A DNA stretch of 64,000 nt. Source: Nanobdellota archaeon. Lineage in GTDB: Archaea > Nanobdellota > Nanobdellia > Woesearchaeales > JAGWAF01. A program made the translations under genes and the position numbers. The notes below the pieces were generated by a model that did not search any database, was not told the origin of the DNA, and saw only the letters and a program-made list of their open reading frames with translations. The stretch spans positions 3,681 to 67,680 of the forward strand of contig JBBSWF010000136.1 of the NCBI GenBank assembly GCA_038046365.1. Direction: 5' to 3'. Each line of letters starts with the position of its first letter. The first letter of the stretch is position 1. Shown one piece after another: positions 18,208 through 26,898 of the stretch.

Positions 18208-18591
18208 ATGAAGAAGAACACTAAAACCACAGAATCTGCGGCGAGTCCGCACTCTGAAAAAATGGCCACGTTCGTGCTGGTTTTGATCGCCCTCGTTGGA
18301 GTGGTTGGAATAACGAACGTCTGGTACAATTCAGCATCAGGAGCGATGAACTGGAACTCAAACCCAGGATTTAGCACTGCAACATACAACGAAGCCTCAT
18401 TCTACTGCAGATATGACGCGGACTGCGCATTCGACGAGATATGCGCGCTGTCGAAGCGGCCGAACAACTGGATGTATGTCTGCAGGGATTCGCACACGTG
18501 CGAGCGAGACATGGACTGCCAGGGACTTGGGTCAGCACCCACACTGATGCAGTGCGTCAACGGCTGGTGCAAGAACAAGTACAACCAGTGA
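18208..18591 (+). CDS. Small membrane-anchored/secreted Cys-rich protein
   Basis: The ATG at 18208 gives MKKNTKTTES. One hydrophobic span (FVLVLIALVGVVGI) is followed by 8 Cys in a C-terminal domain of about 70 aa. Confidence 0.55.
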   Translation: MKKNTKTTESAASPHSEKMATFVLVLIALVGVVGITNVWYNSASGAMNWNSNPGFSTATYNEASFYCRYDADCAFDEICALSKRPNNWMYVCRDSHTCERDMDCQGLGSAPTLMQCVNGWCKNKYNQ

Positions 18592-18726
18592 ACATAATTT
18601 AATTTTTCATTTAGGATTCATATTTTCTTGCGACACGCTGGAGCTGTGAATTGCTCTATCGTTCTCAGGACCAGATCGAGTGTTGGCGCTTGTTTTTGCG
18701 CCGTGCGCTTCGCGCACGATGTCTTC

Positions 18727-19401
18727 CTACCGTGCGCCTCCGGCGCTACCCCCGACGAGGCGGCCAAAGTCGCCGTCTAGGCTGTTGCTGCCGTAGAGGT
18801 AGGACCTATTGCTGACCCTGTCGACGCACACGGCCCCCGCGAGTCGTGTCGATTTTGGTGCGTTTCTTATGTAGATTCCCATGTTTGCGTCGTAGTTGAA
18901 TTGTTTGGCTTCTTCAAACACCGCTTCAGTGTACTCTTTTAGCAATTTGGGGTCTTCTCTGGCAAGATAGTTCCACAGAGGGTTTGAGAGTATGGCTTTC
19001 TTGCTCAATGACCTGTCAAGTGATAGTTCATTCCTGGAGAATTCTTTGCCTTTTGATGAGGTGTATGTCTCGTCAGTTATTAGCGATAGTCCGTCTTGAA
19101 GCTCGCTTTGCGCATTGAGTTGGCGCAGTAGTTGTGAGTCGAGTTCTATCTTGACTCTGCTATTGTGGTGGTAGAGGATGGCATCGCCTATGTGGAAATA
19201 GTTGTTCCACCATGCGTTCTTGACGTCTTCCGGCTGGCTTAATGCCCAGATTCTTTGCCTCATCAGGTCCGCGGCAGAGAGTGGTGTTCTTCCTTGCGCG
19301 ATAAGTAGTGGCATCTGTTCAATGATTTTCCCATAAAAGTCATCGTAATCCTTGGTTGTAAGTTGTAGGTTTCCCATGGTGTGCGCCTCGCAGTGTTTCA
19401 C
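18727..19401 (-). CDS. Hypothetical protein
   Basis: 224-aa ORF with non-repetitive composition. No motif was recognised. An alternative start MGNLQLTT lies at 19377. Confidence 0.45.
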   Translation of the reverse strand: MKHCEAHTMGNLQLTTKDYDDFYGKIIEQMPLLIAQGRTPLSAADLMRQRIWALSQPEDVKNAWWNNYFHIGDAILYHHNSRVKIELDSQLLRQLNAQSELQDGLSLITDETYTSSKGKEFSRNELSLDRSLSKKAILSNPLWNYLAREDPKLLKEYTEAVFEEAKQFNYDANMGIYIRNAPKSTRLAGAVCVDRVSNRSYLYGSNSLDGDFGRLVGGSAGGAR

Positions 19402-19703
19402 TCCGGTAGTGTGGGGTCACTTAAAAACCTGAGGTGCCGATAACTGCGCCTAAGTGGCTATAACCTGCACAGTTGTCTATATGCCTCTATTATAGGATGA
19501 TTATCCGACTTCCACAAATATTCCATCCTTCACAGTCTTTATGACGAACACGTCAGGTCCTGCATCAGTCCGACCAGTGTCGTGACAACGAGATCAGCAG
19601 GATAGTCCTTATTCTTGTCGTCTATAATACATATCATACTGCGGATTTTGCGCAAATCGTACCTTTTAGAGATAAGATCATAAGAAAAGAAAAAAAGAAA
19701 AAA

Positions 19704-19727
19704 CCCCTGCCGCCTGAGGCGGAGGGG
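19704..19727 (-). terminator. GC-rich hairpin followed by a long T-run on the minus strand (candidate ftsZ terminator)
   Basis: CCCCTGCCGCC-TGA-GGCGGAGGGG. On the minus strand it is followed by TTTTTTCTTTTTTTCTTTT (19684-19703). It lies about 135 nt downstream of the ftsZ stop. Confidence 0.4.
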
Positions 19728-19860
19728 ACGGTTTTTGCCTTCCATTATACATTGGGGGTGGTATAAACTGGAAGGCAAGAAAACACACACAAAGACCAAA
19801 GGGGGTGATTGGAATAGCAGGAATTTCCTGCCGGTGTTTTCTTGGCCATCATCTGGACAA

Positions 19861-20952
19861 TCACCTAATTATTTCTATGCCGAGTTCCTCGGTCAGCTCA
19901 CGCGAGACCTTGTCGTTGAAGGTAGCCTTCTCGTAGCGCTCGGAGCGAGAACCTGATGAATTCTTGCCCACGACCCACGGCGAGTGGATGCCTGTAACGA
20001 TTGTCATCACGGTGATCTTGCCCTTCATGCTCTCGTCCACGCGGGCTCCCCAGATGACATTGGCGTTCTCGTCAAGCTCCTCTGTGACTAATTCTCCCAC
20101 GCGGTTGATCTCCTCAAGAGTCATGTCAGGACCGCCGCTTATGTGAAGCAGCGCGCCTGTCGCGCCCTCATAGTCGATGTCCAAGAGAGGGTTCTTCAAG
20201 GCGCCCTTGCAGGCCTCCTCGATGCGGTTGTTGGTGTCAGACGCTCCAACGCCAATGACCGCGACGCCGCCATTCTTCATGATGGCCTTGACATCAGCAA
20301 AATCTAGGTTGACCAATGAAGGCAGAGCGATCGTCTCTACGATACCCTTGATCATGGTGGCGACGAGCTCGTTAGCGACCGCGAAAGCCTGCTGGATAGG
20401 CAAGTTGCCGGCGATCTGGACAAGGCGGTTGTTGTCAATGACAACAACAGTGTCAGCGACCTCGCGCATCTGCTGGAGACCGTACTCAGCTTTGTCCACT
20501 CTTGCACGCTCGATGCGAAATGGCATAGTGACGGCGCCAATGACAATGGCGCCAGTGTCATGCGCCACCTGTGCTATGACTGGAGCAGAACCTGTTCCTG
20601 TACCTCCACCCATACCTGCACATACGAAAACCATGTCTGAACCCTTGAGGCAGGACTTGATCTCGGTCATGGATTCCTGGGCTGCCTCGGCTCCCTTCTC
20701 TGGAAAGCCGCCGCATCCTAGACCTCTTGTCAAGTCGCGCCCGATCAAGAACTTCTTGTCAGCGCTAGAGATCTTGAGGTGCTGCTGGTCAGTGTTGCAC
20801 GCAAGAATCTCGGCGCCCTTGATCCCCTTATTATATAGCCAAGTCACCATGTTGTTACCTGCGCCACCTGCGCCGATAACCTTGATGTTCGCCTGGCCTA
20901 CTTCTATCCCTTCAAACGCGCCTTTCTGTGAAGGCATTTCTATGTAATCCAT
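19861..20952 (-). CDS. ftsZ: Cell division GTPase FtsZ
   Basis: 363 aa, with GAGGAGNNMV and the tubulin signature GMGGGTGTGSAPV. Confidence 0.95.
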   Translation of the reverse strand: MDYIEMPSQKGAFEGIEVGQANIKVIGAGGAGNNMVTWLYNKGIKGAEILACNTDQQHLKISSADKKFLIGRDLTRGLGCGGFPEKGAEAAQESMTEIKSCLKGSDMVFVCAGMGGGTGTGSAPVIAQVAHDTGAIVIGAVTMPFRIERARVDKAEYGLQQMREVADTVVVIDNNRLVQIAGNLPIQQAFAVANELVATMIKGIVETIALPSLVNLDFADVKAIMKNGGVAVIGVGASDTNNRIEEACKGALKNPLLDIDYEGATGALLHISGGPDMTLEEINRVGELVTEELDENANVIWGARVDESMKGKITVMTIVTGIHSPWVVGKNSSGSRSERYEKATFNDKVSRELTEELGIEIIR

Positions 20953-21083
20953 GTCTATCCCCCCTTGTGTTTGTTTTTGGTCTTTGGCCTTTTGTGAAGA
21001 GCAGAACTATACGTTCCACTACCACAATCTTTATATCATAGCATATGCTATGGATTACTCAGAACGTCGTTGTGTGACTTCGA

Positions 21084-21185
21084 CCTCACGCCAATGAGGC
21101 CTGAACGATCCCAACACCGGACGCCAATCCGGGAAATGAATGATTACCACCAACATTCAATTGCGAGTTTACGCCAATAAACTCG
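21084..21185. other. Three stem-loops with different stems and the identical hexaloop CGCCAA
   Basis: CCTCA-CGCCAA-TGAGG (21084-21099), CCGGA-CGCCAA-TCCGG (21117-21132) and CGAGTTTA-CGCCAA-TAAACTCG (21164-21185). Confidence 0.5.
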
Positions 21186-21411
21186 TTCTTTTCTAGTTTT
21201 CCTGAAAATCCTACTATTTAAGCTTTTAAAGAATCGGAAATATATATTGGAGTGGTGGGATTGAGATTTGTCGACGAGAAAATAATTGTTTCATGAATGA
21301 TTAATGTAAAGATAGGACTGTTATTGGGATTTATGGGGGAGAATGGGACTGAAAGACGCCAAAAATATTCAACCAATCCTAGACACTTCCGACACGGAAT
21401 CTCCATGGGAC

Positions 21412-22044
21412 TCACTGCAGCTTCTTCGCGAGCTTCTCGACAAATTCCTTGCCCTTGCTCATAGCTTGCTCGACGTAGACGGAGTAGTGACCGAGCACCC
21501 AGTCCATATCCACCGTTCGTCTACCATATCTGCCAAAGAAGGTGAGGATCTCGATGTTGTAGCGCGGCGGCGGCGGGACTTTCTCATCAGCAAGACCGAT
21601 CGGAATGACCGAGTGAGGGGCTGCGGTGTCAGGAAGGGCACAGATCCTGCTTATCATGCCCTCGTCGAAAGCGCTGACCCAGCAAGAGGACAAGCCCTGC
21701 GCCTGGGCTGCGAGAATTATGTTCATGGTCGTGGCGGCGGTGTTCTGGATAGAGTAAACCTTCTCGCCCCTAGCCCCATAGAACTGAGCGCACTTGTCGA
21801 TTTCCGCAACGATGACTATTATGACTGGAGCTTTGGCGATCCAGAACTGCTGAAAGCAGGCATCGGCGATCTCCTTTCTTTGAGATTCTTCTGTGATGAT
21901 TATGAATTTCCAGGCCTGGAGGTTGCCTGCACTCGGAGCCGCGCGTCCTGCTTCGAGGATCGGGCCCAGCTTCTGCATGGGGATTGGTATATCCGCAAAC
22001 TTGCGGATGCTTCGCCGCGTCAAAATGGCCTCCATTACATCCAT
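21412..22044 (-). CDS. Nitroreductase-family protein (210 aa)
   Basis: The ATG at 22044 gives MDVMEAILTRRSIRKF... followed by AAPSAGNLQAWKFI, typical nitroreductase motifs. This is the only credible part of the 587-aa track ORF 21412..23175. Confidence 0.8.
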   Translation of the reverse strand: MDVMEAILTRRSIRKFADIPIPMQKLGPILEAGRAAPSAGNLQAWKFIIITEESQRKEIADACFQQFWIAKAPVIIVIVAEIDKCAQFYGARGEKVYSIQNTAATTMNIILAAQAQGLSSCWVSAFDEGMISRICALPDTAAPHSVIPIGLADEKVPPPPRYNIEILTFFGRYGRRTVDMDWVLGHYSVYVEQAMSKGKEFVEKLAKKLQ

Positions 22045-22177
22045 AGGGATCGCTTTTCCAGATTTTGGTATATAATATTGTCGCAAGGAATGAAGAAAAT
22101 GAGTGGACGCCAAATTATTTGCAGAGAAGAATCCGCCACGGCAATGTTTTTTATAGAGGGGCGGAATCGTCGACTGA

Positions 22178-23932
22178 ATGGAATACTCGACGCTGGTCAA
22201 GCTGTATACTGCACTTGAGGGGACGACTAAGCGGCTTGAGAAGACCAAACTATTGTCCGATACTCTAAAGACTCTTGAGATCGAAGATCTTGAACGCGTG
22301 GCGCACCTAGTGCAGGGCACAGTGTTCCCGCCATGGTCAGACCAGAAGGTCGGAGTGGCAGAGAAGCTTGTCATAAAGGCGATGCAATTGTCTTTTGGAG
22401 AGCCTGCGGAAGCGATCGAGAAGAAATGGAGAGAAAGCGGCGATCTTGGGGATGTAGCTAAAGAGATATCCACAAAGAAAAAACAAGCCACACTCTTCTC
22501 AATGTCACTTCGCGTCAAGAAAGTGTTCGAGAACATAGAAAAACTATCTACTCTCGAGGGCGCCGGCACAGTCGACAGGAAAGTGCAGCTAATGTCAGAA
22601 CTGCTGACGTCTGCTTCTCCTTTAGAGTCGAAATACCTGGTGAGGACGTTTCTAGGGCAACTTCGCGCCGGCCTTGGAGAAGGGACAGTGCGAGACGCCA
22701 TAGTATGGGCGTTCCTGCTGCCATCGATACCATACGACAGCGAAAAGAACGACCTCGCACTGACTGAAGAAGCACGAAAGGAGTATGATGCAATTGTGGA
22801 CCGGGTGCAGCAGTCATTTGACGTCGTGACAGACCTGTCAGAGATAGCAGTGCTTGTGAAAGTCTCTGGGCTCGAGGGGCTCAAGAAAGTATCATTGCAG
22901 CCAGGTAGGCCTGTCAAGGTGATGTTATTCCAGAAAGTCCGGGATGTCGAAGAAGCGCTCGGAAAGGTCGGAGCTCCAGCTTTCTTTGAATACAAATACG
23001 ACGGATTCCGCATGCAGATACACAAAGACGGAGGCAGCATCAAGATATTCACCCGACGACTCGAGAACGTGACAACGCAGTTCCCGGATGTGGTGGCACG
23101 AGTGGGGGATCTGATACAGGAAGGTTCGTTCATTATCGATGCCGAAGCCATAGGGATCGACCCTTCCACTAACAAGTACCTGCCGTTTCAGCAGATATCA
23201 CAGCGAATCAGGCGGAAATACGGCATCGACGAGATGGCAAAGAGCTTCCCGGTCGAGGTAAGGGTGTTCGATATCCTGTTCTTGAACGGAAGATCGGTGA
23301 TTGAGGAACCCTACACAGACCGCAGAGAGCTGGTAGAGAAGATAATTCCCGACAAGACCGGACTGATTGCGCCAGCGACACTTCTCATCAGCTCAGACAA
23401 AGATGAAGCGCGGAGATTCTACGAGAATGCGCTCTCTCTTGGGATGGAAGGGGTCATGGCAAAGAAAGGCGACGCACCATACCAACCGGGCTCACGCGTG
23501 GGATTTGGAGTCAAGATAAAACCAGTAATGGATACCCTAGACTTAGTTGTAGTACGGGCTGAATGGGGAGAAGGGAAGAGGGCCGGCTGGATGACCTCAT
23601 TCACTCTAGCCTGCCAGGACGAGGAGGGAACATTCCTTGAGATCGGGAATGTGGGGACTGGATTCAAAGAGAAGAAAGAAGAAGGCGGAACCACATTCGA
23701 GGACATGACAGAGATGCTCAAGCATTTGATAATAGAGGAAAAAGGAAGAGAAGTGCGAGTGAATCCTAAGGTCGTTCTAGAGATTAAATTCGAAGAAATA
23801 CAGAAGAGCCAAACTTACTCAAGCGGATATGCGCTTAGGTTCCCTAGGCTAGTGCAAGTGCGCGTCGACAAGCCAGCCGAAGAGGCATCGACGCTAAATC
23901 AAGTCGAAGACCAGTATGAGATGCAGATGTGA
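22178..23932 (+). CDS. lig: ATP-dependent DNA ligase
   Basis: 584 aa. The adenylation motif is EYKYDGFRMQIH (KxDG), followed by EGVMAK and an OB-fold region. The N-terminal DNA-binding domain pattern is present. Confidence 0.9.
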   Translation: MEYSTLVKLYTALEGTTKRLEKTKLLSDTLKTLEIEDLERVAHLVQGTVFPPWSDQKVGVAEKLVIKAMQLSFGEPAEAIEKKWRESGDLGDVAKEISTKKKQATLFSMSLRVKKVFENIEKLSTLEGAGTVDRKVQLMSELLTSASPLESKYLVRTFLGQLRAGLGEGTVRDAIVWAFLLPSIPYDSEKNDLALTEEARKEYDAIVDRVQQSFDVVTDLSEIAVLVKVSGLEGLKKVSLQPGRPVKVMLFQKVRDVEEALGKVGAPAFFEYKYDGFRMQIHKDGGSIKIFTRRLENVTTQFPDVVARVGDLIQEGSFIIDAEAIGIDPSTNKYLPFQQISQRIRRKYGIDEMAKSFPVEVRVFDILFLNGRSVIEEPYTDRRELVEKIIPDKTGLIAPATLLISSDKDEARRFYENALSLGMEGVMAKKGDAPYQPGSRVGFGVKIKPVMDTLDLVVVRAEWGEGKRAGWMTSFTLACQDEEGTFLEIGNVGTGFKEKKEEGGTTFEDMTEMLKHLIIEEKGREVRVNPKVVLEIKFEEIQKSQTYSSGYALRFPRLVQVRVDKPAEEASTLNQVEDQYEMQM

Positions 23933-23946
23933 TGGTTGATATGAAA

Positions 23947-24609
23947 CTATCGCGACTTTGACCTTTGATGATTACCGAACCACCTTAAATGGATGACGTA
24001 ATAAGACTGCAAAGCGATCAAGGTGAGAGCGACGTTGAGCCAGAAGACAACATCACCCATAAAGTCTACACCGAAGAAGAAAAACAAGAACAAGGAGGCA
24101 TACCAAATTATCATGAACCAGACAAGATTCGGAGTTGGGTCGATTATCCAGTCAGACTTCCTGCCCTCGTTGTCCACTATGATCTTCATTAATATCGCAG
24201 CGAAAACAATCGCAATGTGATACGCGCCCGCGAAGCCGCCCACATACTCCATATAGACCATCGAGAGTATACTTGCGCAATAAATCGAGTAATCCGCCAC
24301 CTTATCAACAAAGGTGCCCCTGTGCGAGGTCACCTTTTTGTATCGCGCGATTGCGCCATCAACGCTGTCAAGCAGAAGAGAGAGGACGAACATCGCGACG
24401 CCAAACCATTGGTATCCTACGCTGTATAAGATCAAGCCCGCGACACCTAGAACCCCACGGAAATTGCTGACGAGATTAGGAGTAAGCCCAAAATCAGAGA
24501 GAATAACACATACTGGATTGAATATTGAGTCAGTCAACATCTTATAAGACCGACCTGACCTCTGAGACAAAGTGAGAGGACGCGATGAGGACCGGACTTT
24601 GATTGCCAT
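23947..24609 (-). CDS. CDP-alcohol phosphatidyltransferase family protein
   Basis: DSVDGAIARYKKVTSHRGTFVDKVAD matches D-x2-D-G-x2-A-R-x8-G-x3-D-x3-D exactly. The protein is polytopic. An alternative start lies at 24540. Confidence 0.8.
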   Translation of the reverse strand: MAIKVRSSSRPLTLSQRSGRSYKMLTDSIFNPVCVILSDFGLTPNLVSNFRGVLGVAGLILYSVGYQWFGVAMFVLSLLLDSVDGAIARYKKVTSHRGTFVDKVADYSIYCASILSMVYMEYVGGFAGAYHIAIVFAAILMKIIVDNEGRKSDWIIDPTPNLVWFMIIWYASLFLFFFFGVDFMGDVVFWLNVALTLIALQSYYVIHLRWFGNHQRSKSR

Positions 24610-24675
24610 CGTCCTGCCCGGCCAGGACTAGATTAAATACCTTTTTATAATCAGGAGGGGGGAGAGAACCCACAG

Positions 24676-25650
24676 ATGGAACTATCCAAACCGGGAGTAT
24701 TCTTCGAGAGGCCGCAGCCAGAAGTGCTGTCACGAGTCGGATGGATGGGGATGGACCTGCACTTCCACACAGAATACAGCTTCGACTCAATAGCAGGGCT
24801 TGACGCGACGTTGAGGCTTGCGAAGAAGATGGGCATCGGACTCGCCATGACAGACCACAACGCCGTCGGAGGGGCGCTGCGATATTCCAAGAACAGGCAC
24901 GGCGTGCCAGTGATTCCGGGGATTGAGCTCACCGGAAAAGAAGGCACACATATGATATATTACTTCTATTCAGCACGCGAGCTTGAAGCGGCATGGAAGA
25001 AAGAGATAAAGCCATACTTACCGAACCCGTACATACCGACGACAAGACCGACGCTTGAGATGCTGCGGGACCTGTCAAAGTACAATTGCGTGATAACCGC
25101 CCCACATCCTTATTCGCCAGGAGTCGTCGGGATAAAGAAATTGACTGATTCGGATAGAGATTTACGGGCCGTGCATTGCGTTGAAGTAATCAACGGCTAC
25201 AACCTTCACGGATTGAATCTTAGGGCGATAAAATGGCGCGAGAGATGCGGAAAAGGAGCGACAGGAGGGACTGACGGACATATGGTGGAAGAGCTTGGGA
25301 GGGTGGCCACATTCTGCCCGGCTTCTAACGTCGAAGAATTCCTGGACGCATTGAAGAAAAAGCAATCTGTCGTGATCGGAGAAGAAGACCGGACACTGCG
25401 GAAGATTGTGATAACCCTATTGAAAGAACATGAACTGGTGTCAAAATCACGAGAATACCACATCGCCAAGAAATTATTGCAAGGACAATTCCACAGCTCG
25501 AACAATTATTACAACAAGAAATACGGATCCCTGAAGAGAAGACTGAACCTACTTTTTGGTGGACACCATAAAGAGCCAGGATTCCCAAAGAAGGCTGATA
25601 AACGGCACCCATTGGGAGGATCTTGGACGAGAAGCGAGCAGTTCGGGTGA
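24676..25650 (+). CDS. PHP-domain metal-dependent phosphoesterase
   Basis: MDLHFHTEYSFDS, AMTDHN and APHPY are PHP-type motifs. Confidence 0.65.
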   Translation: MELSKPGVFFERPQPEVLSRVGWMGMDLHFHTEYSFDSIAGLDATLRLAKKMGIGLAMTDHNAVGGALRYSKNRHGVPVIPGIELTGKEGTHMIYYFYSARELEAAWKKEIKPYLPNPYIPTTRPTLEMLRDLSKYNCVITAPHPYSPGVVGIKKLTDSDRDLRAVHCVEVINGYNLHGLNLRAIKWRERCGKGATGGTDGHMVEELGRVATFCPASNVEEFLDALKKKQSVVIGEEDRTLRKIVITLLKEHELVSKSREYHIAKKLLQGQFHSSNNYYNKKYGSLKRRLNLLFGGHHKEPGFPKKADKRHPLGGSWTRSEQFG

Positions 25651-25693
25651 GGATCAGGAGTGTTCATCAATGAACAGACAGGTTGTCGCTAAT

Positions 25694-26314
25694 TTAATCA
25701 ATAGTGTTCTTGCCCAGATCAAGTACATATACTCCCCATGTGAAGATTAGATCATGGTTCTGGATTTCATTCCCCGTATAATCAAAACCGAGTTTTTTAC
25801 AGAATGAAATGGATGGATCATTTCTTGCGGGTCGATGCCGTATCAAGACGTGCATTTTTCTGAGGTTAGCACGGATCATATCTTCGAATAGCTGATTCAT
25901 TAGAGCAGTCCCAACATTTTTCCTTGCTGCGCATGGATCGATCGCGATCGTTTCACCATATATAAACGGTTTTTCTTGCCTGCTCAGATAGGACAATACA
26001 CCATCGTGATGGAATCTCCCATCCTCAATCATCTTTTCGAGAGTCTGATCATCACAACACATCAAGAATCCATCAATCCCTCGATCGGCCCTGCTCACAT
26101 AGAAATAAGATGATTTGCATACCCTATACTGATACTCCTCTGTGGAATAAACATATCCTATCGATCCGGGAGGGCCTAGCCGGGCAGGATCAAACAATAC
26201 TTTATTTCCGAGATTGATAATTCCCCCAATATCTTCTGAGCGGACTTTACAGATATTCATAATCCAATGAGGTTTTCTTAGTTTATTAAGTTGAACCTGC
26301 TCTATCGAATCCAT
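25694..26314 (-). CDS. GNAT-family N-acetyltransferase
   Basis: 206 aa. AIDPCAARKNVGTALMNQLFE resembles the acetyl-CoA-binding motif A. Confidence 0.55.
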   Translation of the reverse strand: MDSIEQVQLNKLRKPHWIMNICKVRSEDIGGIINLGNKVLFDPARLGPPGSIGYVYSTEEYQYRVCKSSYFYVSRADRGIDGFLMCCDDQTLEKMIEDGRFHHDGVLSYLSRQEKPFIYGETIAIDPCAARKNVGTALMNQLFEDMIRANLRKMHVLIRHRPARNDPSISFCKKLGFDYTGNEIQNHDLIFTWGVYVLDLGKNTID

Positions 26315-26323
26315 ACCGCGGGT

Positions 26324-26743
26324 TCAAATAAACAAAATCACCAAAGCAGACACCAGCCCGATCACTATCCCCACAGCTACTTCCTTAGGCTTGTGGCCTA
26401 GAGAGTAGTGCACTGGAGGGAGCTTGAGCTTGGCTTTCTTGATGACTTCATTGAGAAGCTGGCCCTCTTCACCAGCGGTTCGGCGGACACCGAGCGCGTC
26501 GCGGATGACGATAGTAGCGAGGACCAATGTCGTGAAGAACAACGCAGTCGGGCCTTCAGTCAGAAATATCGAAAGGGCGAGAGAAGTGACAACAGCGGAG
26601 TGCGAGGAAGGCATGCCGCCAGTGACCGCAAGATCCTCTATGTGGAACTTGCCTTTTCTCATGAATAAAAGGATCTTCAGACCCTGTGATGCTATAAATG
26701 AGATAGCAATGGCGTAGAAAACTGAGAGACCTGAAGGATACAT
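26324..26743 (-). CDS. Divergent PAP2/acid-phosphatase-related membrane protein (DUF212/YuiD-like)
   Basis: 139 aa and polytopic. GGMPSSHSAVVTSLA is the family hallmark as I recall it. Confidence 0.6.
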   Translation of the reverse strand: MYPSGLSVFYAIAISFIASQGLKILLFMRKGKFHIEDLAVTGGMPSSHSAVVTSLALSIFLTEGPTALFFTTLVLATIVIRDALGVRRTAGEEGQLLNEVIKKAKLKLPPVHYSLGHKPKEVAVGIVIGLVSALVILFI

Positions 26744-26898
26744 GAGGACAATTCCAGGACATCTGGTTAAAATAGTTTATGAAACGGCCGGATTGAGTTA
26801 GCCATAGGCGATCATTAACCGTTGGGCACTATAACAATGGGATACCGAGCGAGCTATAGACAACTGCGCAGTTATCGATATCTGTCTCGACCACCAAC

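Noticed and set aside
19539-19799. An 86-aa minus-strand ORF downstream of ftsZ.
   Set aside because: It spans the terminator hairpin and poly-T run (translated as FFLFFF). It has no motif and is more likely non-coding 3' region.
21343-22218. A 291-aa plus-strand ORF.
   Set aside because: It is antisense to the nitroreductase gene and runs into the ligase start. No motif was found, and its Arg/Leu/Asp-biased composition is typical of an antisense frame.
22045-23175. The N-terminal roughly 377 aa of the 587-aa track ORF 21412..23175 (minus strand).
   Set aside because: It lies antisense to the well-supported DNA ligase gene and is Ser/Thr/Arg-rich and low in complexity. Nitroreductase similarity begins only at the Met encoded at 22044. 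It is treated as a shadow ORF, and only 21412..22044 is kept.
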